Assembly: GCA_964016885.1 (NCBI GenBank)
Contig: OZ024743.1
Span: 124,434,001 to 124,498,000 of the forward strand
Reading direction: 5' to 3'
DNA: 64,000 nucleotides
Origin: Eledone cirrhosa
Taxonomy: Eukaryota
The notes under the pieces are model-generated. The model was not told the origin of the DNA, made no database searches, and saw only the letters and a program-made list of their open reading frames with translations. The position numbers and the translations under genes were made by a program. This document shows, in pieces, positions 47,246-59,760 of this stretch (positions within the stretch are counted from its first letter, which is position 1; each line of letters opens with the position of its first letter).

Positions 47246-47701
47246 TGTATGTATGTATACATACATATATGTATACAGACGTACAGTAGTATGTATATAT
47301 ATACATACATGCACACATATATATATATATGCACGTATCGATTTACCGAACATTTATTATAATGCTCGGTTTGTTCGTTTGTAAACAAACAGCCCGAATT
47401 ACGCCGTACAGTGTTTAGGCAACCACGTCACCTTTTTTTTCAATACTGACATGTGTGCATGTATGTATATATATATACATACTACTGTACGTCTGTATAC
47501 ATATATGTATGTACGTATACATACATACTTACATTTAAGTAAGTGCCGTACTAAAAGTGAGAAATGAAATTTCGTTTCATTCTATTCCATTTATAATTTT
47601 CGGTGCGCCGGCTGACTGAACTCACTCGATATGCAAATTAGGCTGCTCAGCCGTTAATATGCATAAGGAAAGTATATACTTTCAGACGTTCAACCATCTG
47701 G

Positions 47702-47760
47702 CAGGAAGGTATACGATGCTGACGATAGCTAATAAGCTTGAAACTAGTACATCGTTCCTG
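47702..47760 (+). ncRNA. Minimal type I hammerhead
   Basis: CAGGA..ACGATG-CTGACGA-tAGCT aata AGCTt-GAAA-CTAG-TA-CATCGT-TCCTG. Confidence 0.88.
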
Positions 47761-47948
47761 TGTCAGTGTTGAGCAAAAAAGGTGACGTGGTTGCCTAAAC
47801 ACTGTACGGCGTAATTCGAGCTGTTTGTTTACAAACGAACAAACCGAGCATTATAATAAGTGTTCGGTAAACCGATACGTGCATGTATGAATATATATAC
47901 ATACTACTGTACGTCTGTATACATATATGTACGTATACATACATACTT

Positions 47949-48006
<58 letters not shown>

Positions 48007-48270
48007 GATAAATGAAACAAAACCAGCACAGCGATGCAAAATTAGAAAGTCATATTAGGTTCACGCTCGGAGGAAATCGATCTCTCTCCCTCTCTCTCTC
48101 TCTATATATATATAACGAAGGAATTGTGGTAAGGAACCAGATGGACCATAACGCACCAAAGTAGTCAATACTTAGGGTAGTAGAGTGGGTAATAGGAACA
48201 AGTATGACCCCAACGGTAGAGCTCAAGCCGTTTCGACGGCTATTTCTGGACGTCGGGGGTCATACTTATT

Positions 48271-48338
<68 letters not shown>

Positions 48339-48613
48339 TATAGATTTTGAGTTTATGTTGGTTGTATACCAACACCTCAATATGCAGGCTGGAGCACTCG
48401 ACGAAGTGCGCAGGTTGGTTTGGTTACTCCGGAGTAGTGTAAAATAAAGTTAAATAAAAGTCAAATGATTAAAATTTAGCTTCGTTTATTACTGCTATAT
48501 ATATTTCAGTGACACCCATCTTTGGCTAATATTGTCAATACTCTGATATCAGAGTATTGACAATATTATACACCGCAACAACATATGTACTTGTCTATAC
48601 CATACTAATTCTA

Positions 48614-48668
48614 ACTGCCTGAAGAGGTCACAGCCAAAGATGGCTGTCTCTGAAATATATATAGCAGT
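48614..48668 (+). ncRNA. Minimal hammerhead within fold-back 48440-48717
   Basis: ACTGC-CTGAAGA-gg..ACAGCCA aaga TGGCTGT..ct-GAAA-TATATA-TA-GCAGT. Confidence 0.85.
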
Positions 48669-48754
48669 AATAAACGAAGCTAAATTTTAATCATTTGACT
48701 TTTATTTAACTTTATTCTATATAAATATATATATATATATATATATGATAATAA

Positions 48755-48941
48755 TTGTTTCTACATTTGGCACAAGGCCAGCAATAAACCAGTGCATTAC
48801 TGGTACTTTATTTTATCGACCCCGTAAGGATGAAAGGCAAAGTTAACCTCGGCAGGATTTGAACTCAGAATGGAAAGGGCTGTAACTCTTTGCGTCAAAG
48901 CATGGCGTCTGACCCTCTACCGATACTGCCAATCCACCGCC
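48755..48941 (-). mobile_element. SINE family A with TSD
   Basis: ATATATATATGATAATAAT on both sides. Confidence 0.88.
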
Positions 48942-49004
48942 TGATATATATATGATAATAATGATGGCTGCGCGTTGCAAATGGTGGTGCATATGAAAAA
49001 GTAA

Positions 49005-49106
49005 GTCCTTCATCAGTGACCCTCCAACCGTCCCAGGCATTTCATCGCTTTAAGGGCCATATGCCTCAGGTTGGTGCGAACAACGGCTAAAAAAAGTCGT
49101 TGGGAC
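49005..49106 (-). ncRNA. Permuted, pseudoknotted hammerhead-like RNA, copy 3
   Basis: GTCCC-hairpin-TCGCA-CCAACC-TGA-GGCA-TA-TGGCCCT-taaaGCGAt-GAAA-TGCC-TGG-GA-C-GGTTGG-AGGGTCA-CTGATGA-aGGAC. Confidence 0.7.
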
Positions 49107-49131
49107 ACGTAAACAAAGGGGACGCCAGGGT

Positions 49132-49178
<47 letters not shown>

Positions 49179-50259
49179 GATTTTGTCATTCAAATTTCAC
49201 TCACATGACACGGGTCAACTCAAGCCTTTAGTAAAAGATGTATACTCAAAATATAACGCAGTAAGACAGAGACTGAAACAAACGGCCTAACCAAACAATC
49301 ATATCTCCGCTTACATTACATTGTCAAATCTATCGTTCTCTAATTAAGAATGATGTTATTTGTGAATGATTTGGCTGATATTTCCTGCAGGGCGAGCGGA
49401 GACATCCTCGAGACCTTTTCTGTAAGTGATAATGTTTTACCTGACACTGTTAGCTCCAGATATTTAATTACTGCTGGTTATTCTATCGATCCACGAATCT
49501 CCGTTCGATTGGATCCATGGAGGTATTCATACCTGCCAACCTCTAAAAACCCCAAACGGGGAGTACAATGAAAAAAATTGCCCCCAAACGGGTAGAAATG
49601 AAGCAAAATGGGGAGATTTTACATAATTGTTTCTACTTTAGGCACTAGGCCAGCAATTACCCAGTGCATTACTGGTACTTTATTTTACATAATGAAAGCT
49701 ATACCTACTTTTACAAAAGAAGACATCTCTCACCCACCCAGAAATGGGTGGGAGATCTCCCCGTCGGACGGGGAGAGTTGACAGCTCTGGGGATCTAAAA
49801 GAAAAAACACGATACACCCAACTTGATATTGACTGATTGAAGAAGCTTGTACATTATCATTCAATATGCTAGAAATAGTAGTTATTTACCCTCAAACCAC
49901 ACCCGGATGTCTAAAATAGAATTTGGATAATGTTATTCTAAATACACTAAATCTGAAAACAAACAAAACACAACAACAACAACATAGCAACAGAACAAGA
50001 AAACAAAAACAGACGGGGTAGTTGCAGCAGCAGCAGCACCGCTTTGATTATATGTTTTCATAATCAGAGCTGACACAGTGGGAAACAACAGCAACTAGCT
50101 GCTGAAAAGTATCCTGTCCTCAAGCTCTCACACACACACAACCGATTGCGCCAGATCACTCAACCTAAATATAGAACATACTAAAGCAATACAGTAACCA
50201 TTGAAACACCATTTAATAAATAATACAAAATAAAAAGATATTTAAAAAAGCAGAACTAA

Positions 50260-51139
50260 ACAAAAGCAACAGCAATAACAACAACAATACGACGACAACA
50301 ATAACAGCAACAATACGACGACAACAACAGTAACAACAGCAATACGACGACAGCAACACCACCACCACCAACAACAACAACAGCAACACCACCACCACCA
50401 CCAACAACAACACCACCAACAACAACACCAACACCACTAACAATAGCACCACCAACAACAACATCAGCAACACCACCACTACCACCACCACCAACAACAA
50501 CATCAGCAACACAACCACTACCACCACCACCAACAACAACAGCAATACCACCACCAACAACACCAACTCCACTAACAACAGCACCACCAACAACATCAGC
50601 AACGCCACCACTACCAACAACAATACCACCACCAACAACAACAACAGCAACACCACTACCACCAACAACAACAACAACAGCAACACCATCAACAACAACA
50701 CCAACATCACAACAACAGCAACACCGCCACCACCACCAACAACAACACCAACACCACCACCGCCAACAATAACAGCAACAACTACAACAACAGCAACAAC
50801 TACAACATGACACCACCACCAACAACAACAACATGACACCACCACCAACAACAACAACATGACAACACCAACAACAACAACATGACAACACCAACAACAA
50901 CAACCACAGCAACACCAACAACAATAACAGTATCATCAACAACAACAACAACAGCAGCAACAACAACACCAACAATAACAACAACAACAACACAAGACCA
51001 CCAACAACAACAGCAACACCACCAACAACACCAACAACAACAACAACATCAACAACAGCATCAACAACAGCATCAACAACAACAACAACAACAACACCAC
51101 CACCATCAACAACAGCATCAACAACAACAACAACAACAG

Positions 51140-51171
<32 letters not shown>

Positions 51172-51293
51172 CCACCACCACCAACAACAACAACAACAAC
51201 AGCAACAACAACAACAACAACAACACCACCAACACCACCACCACCAACAACAGCATCAACAACAGCATCAACAACAGCATCAACAACAACAAC

Positions 51294-51324
<31 letters not shown>

Positions 51325-51389
51325 CCACCACCAACAACAACAGCAACAACAACAGAAACAACAACAACACCACCACCACCACCACCACC

Positions 51390-51421
<32 letters not shown>

Positions 51422-51595
51422 CAGCATCAACAACAACAACCACCACCACCACCACCACCACCAACAACAACAACAGCATCAACAACAACAACAACAACAA
51501 CAACCACCACCACCACCACCACCACCACCATCAACAACCACCACCACCAACAACAACAACAATAACATCATCAACAACAGCATAACAGCAACAAG
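50260..51595. repeat. 1.3-kb mixed (CAA/CAC/CAG)n trinucleotide array
   Basis: Direct reading. Confidence 0.95.
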
Positions 51596-51721
51596 ATTAT
51601 GTTCTTATGTGAATACCAACAGAATGTATTCCCATGAAGAGAACTGGTGATATTTGAAAGCTACTTTTGGAACAAAGGAGGAGTACACCTCTATGACAAT
51701 ATAGAATGGGGTTTATAAAAA

Positions 51722-52945
51722 ATATTGATTTCTAATTTAGGCACAAGGCCAACGATTTGTGAAGAAAGGAAATATATTATATCATAACCTCGGTGGAATT
51801 TGAACTCAGAACGTAAAGGGCAGTAACTCCATGTCGCAAAGTATGTTGTCCAACGTTCTACAGCTACTGTCAATTCACCACCCTCAGAGATATTCGTAAT
51901 AATTGTTTCTACATTTGACACAAGGACAGTATTTTGAAGGGAAGGGAAAAGTCGATTAAATGGACTCCAGTACATAACTGGTACTTTATTTTATCGACCC
52001 CCCCCCCCCGTAAGGATGAAAGGCAAAGTTAACGTCGATGGCATTTGAACTCAGAAGGTAAAGGACCGTAACTACAATATATGCCGCAAAACATGTTATC
52101 CGACGTTCTACCGATACTGCCAATCCACCGCCCTAACAGAAATCATAATACCAACCTCAGTACTTTACTGTTACGTTAGTTTATCAACCTCGGAAGGATG
52201 AAAGGTAATGTTGGCCTCAGCGAGATTTGAACTGAAGAAGTAAAGAACCAGAACAAATATTGTAATGACATTTTAAACGACTCTTTACCAGTTTCTAAAT
52301 ATAATTGTTTCTACTTTAGGCACAAGGCCAGCAATTACCCAGTGCATTACTGGTACTTTATTTTATCGACCCCGTAAGGATGAAAGGTAAAGTCAACCTC
52401 GGCGGGATTTGAACTCAGATCGTAAAGGGACGTAACTATGCTGGAAAGCATGGCGTCCGACCCTCTACCGATACTGCCAATCCACCGCCAGTTTCTAAAT
52501 ATAATCAAAGTAAAAAAAGGAATATTCACTTGAGGATAAAATAAGATGACTTTATCCGGGAATTTTCTGAGTTTAGTCATAAAAGTTAGTCATATGAAGA
52601 ATCGCAACGATCAAGAGAAGTAAAGTACGTGGTCCTTAACTCTTGTTGGTATCGTAGGGCCGCCGTCCTGACACACAGCGTATCTTAGGCAATATTTTAA
52701 ACCTGGGGTAACCCATTCCTCGAACATAGCCAATTTTTTTCCAGAGAATGAGAGAGCGAAAAAAGTGATAAAGAGAGATAGAGGAGGGATCGATCCCAAT
52801 ACTAGACTAGTAATTTATTTGTTGGCTTCGAAAAGATGAAAGGCAAAAGTGACTGAGGCGGAATTTGAACTCGGAAAGCTGTACGCCGGAACACATATCG
52901 AGGCTGCTAATCTGACACGCTAACGACTCTGTTAATTCGCCACCT
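51722..52945 (-). mobile_element. Cluster of about 5 SINE family A copies of different ages
   Basis: Repeated family A motifs; 52305-52488 has TSD CCAGTTTCTAAATATAAT. Confidence 0.85.
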
Positions 52946-53624
52946 TACAACCCAGAGACCCAGTGTTTAATTTGGATTTCGACGAAAGACTAGAAAATAT
53001 ATCAATTTTCCACAGAGGGAAATAGGTGAGCCAGTTAGATAGGCTTAAATTTTGAAGGTGGGCTTGCTCCCACTAAATTCTAGTTGATTTATTTTGTTCT
53101 GTTACTTGTAAGTACATCATGATTACTTCATACACATGTATATAAATGTAGCCCCTACATAAATCATGTTTCTGATTGCTAAAATACGTAATGATTAGTT
53201 TGAAATGACATCTACATTTCACACAGGCCATCGGAGTCTACATTTTACATTTGTCCTGAAATTATTTCCAGTTATGCACGGGCCTGAGAACACCACCTTC
53301 CTTCCTCAAAATAATATTATGGAGTTTCGATGAGAAGTTTGCAGAGTGAAGAAAGTGGAAAACACACCGGTTAAAATAAATACTCCCACTTCACCCATGT
53401 CACATTTTATCTCTCGCAGCCTCTTTCTCTCTCTCTTCTCTAGCCTTTGTTTAACATCCCTGTAAATCTACTTGCAGCATTAAACGCAGGTAGCATGAAT
53501 CTAAATAAGGGTGTATATAGATACATCTACCATGTTTATGTATTATAAATATACAATTGTTCGCGATTTATTGACAACACACATAAAGAATTTTACTAGA
53601 GCAACCTCTGCCGAAAGACATAAA

Positions 53625-53813
53625 ATAATTGTTTCTACTTTTGGCACAAGGCCAGCAATTACCCCAGTGCATTACTTGTACTTTATTTTATCGACTCCCT
53701 AAGGATGAAAGGCAGAGTTAACCTCGACGGGATTTGAACTCAGATCGTAAAGGGCCGTAACTCTGTACTGCATAACATGGCATCCGACCCTCTACCGATA
53801 CTGCCAATCCACC
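53625..53813 (-). mobile_element. SINE family A
   Basis: Full-length match to the family. Confidence 0.88.
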
Positions 53814-54641
53814 TGAAGCTTTAACGGATAAAACGAGGACAGATATTTCCTCAAAATTGCAGCAGCAAGAACCCTTGTCATGTTAGACTGAATATACGAG
53901 CTCGTATAATATACTATCGGGTCCTAAATAATAGGAGGTGGGTGGAATAAGCGGGAGGGTTGGAAAACGGTAATTTTTTTAGGTTGTCTCCGTTGATTTA
54001 AAAAAAACCCAGAGTTAGTGTTTTAGTATACATATTGAGACCCCAACCTATCCTATTTATTTTATAACGTATTGGATTTCTAGTAATGTACTTTTTATGT
54101 CATATATAATGTTTTTTTAATGTCTAAAGAAAATTTTCGCGGAGGTGGGGGATCTGAAAAAATTAATAAACTGTGGGGATGATTATTCGAGACCCGAGAA
54201 GAAATACCAATGACGGACGCCGTCTTCTCGCTCTAATTTTATTCATATGTATCCCATTTGCAACAACGCAGCACGCCATTTTTCATTTATATTTTTCCCT
54301 CCGCTGTCTGTTTCTTTCTTACTGCTATCCTCTTTCTCTCCCCCTGTATCTCTCACCTTCATTTCATCCCCTCTGCCAGTCACTCTCTCTCTCAGCTGGC
54401 CTCTTCCTCACACTTTCACCCACTCACTCTCTGCTACTCCCCCTCTCTCACTTCCTCCCGTCTACCTGTGTAAAATACTTTTCTCGCTCACATTTCACAC
54501 GGGCTGGACGTGTCTGTGTCTCTCCTCGTCCATGATTTGATCGAACAGATATCACGGACTTGTTTCCCTTCTTCCTCTCTTTCCGTTGCATTACCATCTC
54601 TATTTGTTTAAATGTATCGCTCGCTTCACCCTATTCTACGT

Positions 54642-54743
54642 GTCCCAATAACTTTTTTAAGTTATTGCTCGCACCAGCCAGAGGTATATGATCTTTAATG
54701 CGAAGAAATACCATTGACGGCTGGAAGATCACTGATGACGGCC
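54642..54743 (+). ncRNA. Permuted, pseudoknotted hammerhead-like RNA, copy 2
   Basis: GTCCC-hairpin-TCGCA-CCAGCC-AGA-GGTA-TA-TGATCTT-taaTGCGAa-GAAA-TACC-ATT-GA-C-GGCTGG-AAGATCA-CTGATGA-cGGCC. Confidence 0.7.
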
Positions 54744-54811
54744 GCCCTGTCTTCTCGCTCTAATTTTATTCATATGTATCCCATTTGCAACAACGCAGCA
54801 CGCCATTTTCC

Positions 54812-54877
<66 letters not shown>

Positions 54878-54916
54878 GTAATATACGAAAGATATATACT
54901 TTATATCATCTCTATT

Positions 54917-54993
54917 TATTTCATTGTATATATTTCGAAGATGCAAGGTTAATGTATATCATAAAGCAGAACATGTACTCGTCAGACAAAATA
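54917..54993 (-). ncRNA. Degenerate hammerhead
   Basis: TATTTTGT-CTGACGA-...-GAAA-TATAT-ACAAtgAAATA; one nucleotide short at the cleavage site. Confidence 0.5.
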
Positions 54994-55236
54994 CATAGAT
55001 GTATGTATTTTTCATATGCTGGTAGTCAAACGAGTTCGACAGATCGGTGACCAACCAAGCATATGAGTAGAAAGAAACTCAACACATAGGAGGTTACGTT
55101 AGTGGGAGAATAATTACAGTTGGTTTAAACGCTTTAGAAATTATTTAAAATAGGACATAATTAGATTGGTAAAAAGATAAAACAAAAATTGACAGTTATT
55201 CAGGTCAATTAAAAAAAAATGTTTACCAATCTAATT

Positions 55237-55297
<61 letters not shown>

Positions 55298-55336
55298 ATA
55301 TTAAATAAATGGAAACGATATTTATAAAACCATATT

Positions 55337-55397
55337 TATTCTATTATATATATTTCAAGGGTACCAAAACTTTGGTACGCTTTCATCAGATAAAATA
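55337..55397 (-). ncRNA. Minimal hammerhead at the 3' end of an AT-rich TA-flanked insertion (55293-56527)
   Basis: TATTTTAT-CTGATGA-AAGcGTACCAAA gt TTTGGTACcCTT-GAAA-TATATA-TA-ATAGAATA. Confidence 0.85.
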
Positions 55398-56523
55398 CAA
55401 ACTGTGTTTTATAAATTTTGACATAGCCAAGGAACATACCTTATCAGTTGAATTTTCCTTGGATAGTGAATTTAAAGAACGGATTTTTCAAAATTGTTAG
55501 GATAAGTATGCAAATGAATATGTAAATGAGGTTGAGGTATATGATTGAAAAACCGTTATTTTAAACGCTATGGAAAATTTAGATATATGTTTATATTAGT
55601 AGGAGAGAAAGAAAGAAAAAGAAAAAGGAAAAAGAAAAAGACCACTTATATACGTTAATTTTGGGGAAAAAATTTGAATATTTACCTATATTATGCATAT
55701 ACTTATATGGAGAATTATGTTTGTAAGTATTTATCTTATTACAATATTGTAGTGGGTTAAATATATAAATATCTCTATATATTTTAATAATAGCATATGT
55801 ATTAGTATTAAAGAGATATAGATAATTTGCAATTATTAGTTGTTTATAATATGAGTTACGAGGGTGTTGATTTTGTGTTTTATGTAGCTAAATAAATAAA
55901 TAAATAAATAGGTAGTTCAAGTTTTAGGTGGTTGTTTCTAATATGAGTTACGAGGCACGTTGATTTTGTATTTTATGTAAATAAATAGGTAGTTAAAGTT
56001 ATGAATTTATATATTTGAATATCTTGTTCGGCATTGAGAATGTTTTAATTTAACGGAGTTTCGTATATAATAATATAATAAGTTTGTATGATTGAGAAAG
56101 GAAAGATAACTCCAATTTTGTTTGTTAATCGATACTTTTTAAGAGTTAGTGTGAGATTAATGAATTATTTAGTCGAAAGAAGTGCGAATGTTTGAAAATC
56201 GTCGTGAATTGGATACATTTTTCTAATGTCAGTTAATGGTTATTAATCAACGTTTAAAAATATCTTTAGAGGGTGTCATTGGAAAAATATAATGCAAGAA
56301 TTAAAGAATTAAAAAATTAAAATTAAAATTATATACATACACATATATATATATAAACATTTATACATATATATATATATAAATAAATAAATATATATAT
56401 ATATATTAAAATAAATTTTTGCTGAAAGGTGAAAGTATTACAAATATTAGAGATATTACCATTTATAAATATTAATAGATTAAAATATTAAAAATTTTAA
56501 TTGTTTAAGAAGATAGGATCATT

Positions 56524-56576
<53 letters not shown>

Positions 56577-56657
56577 TATAGTACATTTATTGAGGGTAAT
56601 ACAAAGTTATGAGTGAGTATGCAAATGAGTGTCCGAAAGGTTGAAAAGATAACGGTT

Positions 56658-56795
<138 letters not shown>

Positions 56796-56801
56796 TATAT
56801 C

Positions 56802-57140
56802 AATGATATTAATAAATGGAAACTATATTTATAAAACCATATTTATTCTATTATATATATTTCAAGGGTACCAAAACTTTGGTACGCTCTCATCAGATAA
56901 AATACAAAGTTTGTTTTATAAATATTGACATATCCAGGAATGAGACCTGAACGGTTCAAATTTTACCTACCCAGGTAAAATTTGAACCGTGAAGGTCTCA
57001 TTCCTGGATATGTCAATATTTATAAAACAAACTTTGTATTTTATCTGATGAGAGCGTACCAAAGTTTTGGTACCCTTGAAATATATATAATAGAATAAAT
57101 ATGGTTTTATAAATATAGTTTCCATTTATTAATATCATTG
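56802..57140. repeat. Fold-back palindrome with a hammerhead in each arm (56844-56904 -, 57037-57097 +)
   Basis: ~168-bp reverse-complement arms with a few-nt spacer. Confidence 0.92.
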
Positions 57141-57232
57141 GTATTATACTTCAGAAAAAGTGTCGAGTGCTTCGAATCTGTTATAAATATATATATATTT
57201 GTTGAATTACCAACAAATTAAATATCCCTTTG

Positions 57233-57276
<44 letters not shown>

Positions 57277-57328
57277 AACCAGTAAGACCCCGACGGCTGA
57301 GCTCAAGCCGTTTCGACGGCTAATTCTG

Positions 57329-57382
<54 letters not shown>

Positions 57383-58327
57383 CAACAAGGTCGGACTGGA
57401 AATATCCTTTCAAAGTTTTAACACTGTATATTTTTGCAACATTAAAAGGAGAGACACAAAATAACAAATTAGTCACTGAGTGACGAAAGACCTTTGACAA
57501 TAAATAAATAAACAACCACCCGGTTATTAAACGAAACAACTGAAAGTTATAATAAATTAAGTGAAAACCCAGCAGTTGCGTGTGTTTTTATTGGCAGCAT
57601 GACCCTCTCAAAGTATTACAATATATATATATATATGTGTATGTATGTATGTATGTGTGTGTGTGTGTGTTTTTTTTCTCTCTCTATCTCTCTTTCTCCC
57701 CCCTCCTCTCTCTCTCACAACCATAATAAAATGCCATATGTGTTTGTATAATTATTTTTGCGTATCGCTGTCTGCAACTTTTTAAAGTTTCTATACACAC
57801 GATGCATTTCTTATCTCATTCGTGTTGTTCGAATATGAAGTTCGCTTTCAAATCACATTTATCCTGTCAATAGTAATTTCTCCAAAGTTACTCATACATT
57901 TAATCCTGTATGTCAGTTTTATATATATGCTGAAAATGTATGTAATTATATCCTAGAAAGATATTATTAAAATATAATTCTTCTCTTTAATCACTTCGGC
58001 GTTTCAGCAATCAACATAGAGTATAGGGTTTCTCTTATGTAAACCATTTCTGACAAGAGTACTCGATACTTGGAGTAGTAAAGTATGGTTATATCATAAA
58101 GAGTCGGAACCACGACGGCTGAGCCCTTGCCGTTTCAACAGCTACTAGTGTGCGTGTGTGTGTGTTAGTTAAGTGTGTAACGACAGTTACAGGCGGCGCT
58201 CCGTTCGAAGCACTCAATGCTGTTACGAGGTCCGTTTTGTTCGGGTTGTATTCCAGAGTTACGGTTGTAGTCTGCAGAATGTAAATAGTTTTATAAGAAT
58301 CGAAGTCAGTGTTGCACATATAAGCTC

Positions 58328-58416
58328 GCATATCTGATGAGATGTCGAAAAAGAGTTGGGTCTCGTCACTTTGATTGTACCCTGAGCTGATCGATTTCGA
58401 AAGAATTGTAATATGC
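58328..58416 (+). ncRNA. Type I hammerhead (stem III mismatch)
   Basis: GCATAT-CTGATGA-GAtGTCGA...TCGATtTC-GAAA-GAATTG-TA-ATATGC. Confidence 0.78.
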
Positions 58417-58444
58417 AAATAGAGTTTGTACATATGCTGCAACA

Positions 58445-58498
<54 letters not shown>

Positions 58499-58500
<2 letters not shown>

Positions 58501-58609
58501 TATTCTGATGATTTTATCAGGTATCGACTGTTATTAAAATCGAGTGACGTAGCTGCTTGCGATCAGCGATTTTTAGACACACCGGACTAATGAAACAATT
58601 GTTAATACT
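58499..58609 (+). ncRNA. Type I hammerhead
   Basis: AGTATT-CTGATGA-long stem II-GAAA-CAATTG-TT-AATACT. Confidence 0.8.
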
Positions 58610-58843
58610 TTAAATAAACCCTATTGTACAGCCGACCACGTTATTCTTCACTCATTTACTATCATTACTCCAAGAACCGCTCACCTAGGAACTGTCTTAA
58701 GCCGGCCAAGCGACTAAGAAAACAACGTATTGAGTCAAACAACGCCGAACGTTAAAACTACTCTCGATACAGAGTAATCATAATCTCTGATTGGATTACC
58801 TTAAACGATATCTTGTTAACTTATATATATGTGTGTGTGTGTA

Positions 58844-58914
<71 letters not shown>

Positions 58915-58953
58915 ATGTGTATATATATATATATGTGTGTGTGTGTATGTGTG

Positions 58954-58984
<31 letters not shown>

Positions 58985-58993
58985 GTGTGTGTA

Positions 58994-59046
<53 letters not shown>

Positions 59047-59055
59047 ATATATATA

Positions 59056-59134
<79 letters not shown>

Positions 59135-59141
59135 ATTTATA

Positions 59142-59175
<34 letters not shown>

Positions 59176-59196
59176 TATTTATATATATGTATATAT

Positions 59197-59256
<60 letters not shown>

Positions 59257-59261
59257 TTATA

Positions 59262-59312
<51 letters not shown>

Positions 59313-59319
59313 ATTTATA

Positions 59320-59372
<53 letters not shown>

Positions 59373-59375
59373 ATT

Positions 59376-59447
<72 letters not shown>

Positions 59448-59483
59448 CACATATATATATATGTATATCGTATGGTTCACATG

Positions 59484-59515
<32 letters not shown>

Positions 59516-59700
59516 CATGTGAACCATACGGCTTAAAAAGTTTCTATTGTTGTATAGAAATAGAAATTTTCATTGAATCATCGAAACGGTTTAAGCTTGA
59601 TTATGGTAGATGTGTATTAAAATATCTACATTTCACTTCCAAGTATAAAGTTGAATAATGGCGTTAATAGTCTGTAATTCTCCCCTCCCTCTCCCTCTCT

Positions 59701-59760
<60 letters not shown>

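Larger units (their letters stand above)
46645..47950 (+). mobile_element. Non-coding hammerhead-bearing repeat in inverted + partial direct + near-full unit arrangement
   Basis: Inverted copy 46645-47451 (split by the R4-type insertion), direct 3' part 47452-47594, unit 47595-47950. Confidence 0.8.

Noticed and set aside
49528-49789. Possible hAT MITE (CATACCTGCCAAC...GTTGACAGCTCTG)
   Set aside because: TIRs imperfect and no TSD found
50213-51565. Poly-Q/H/T and poly-V/L ORFs
   Set aside because: Open in several frames only because the triplet array lacks stops; no unique coding flank or splice evidence
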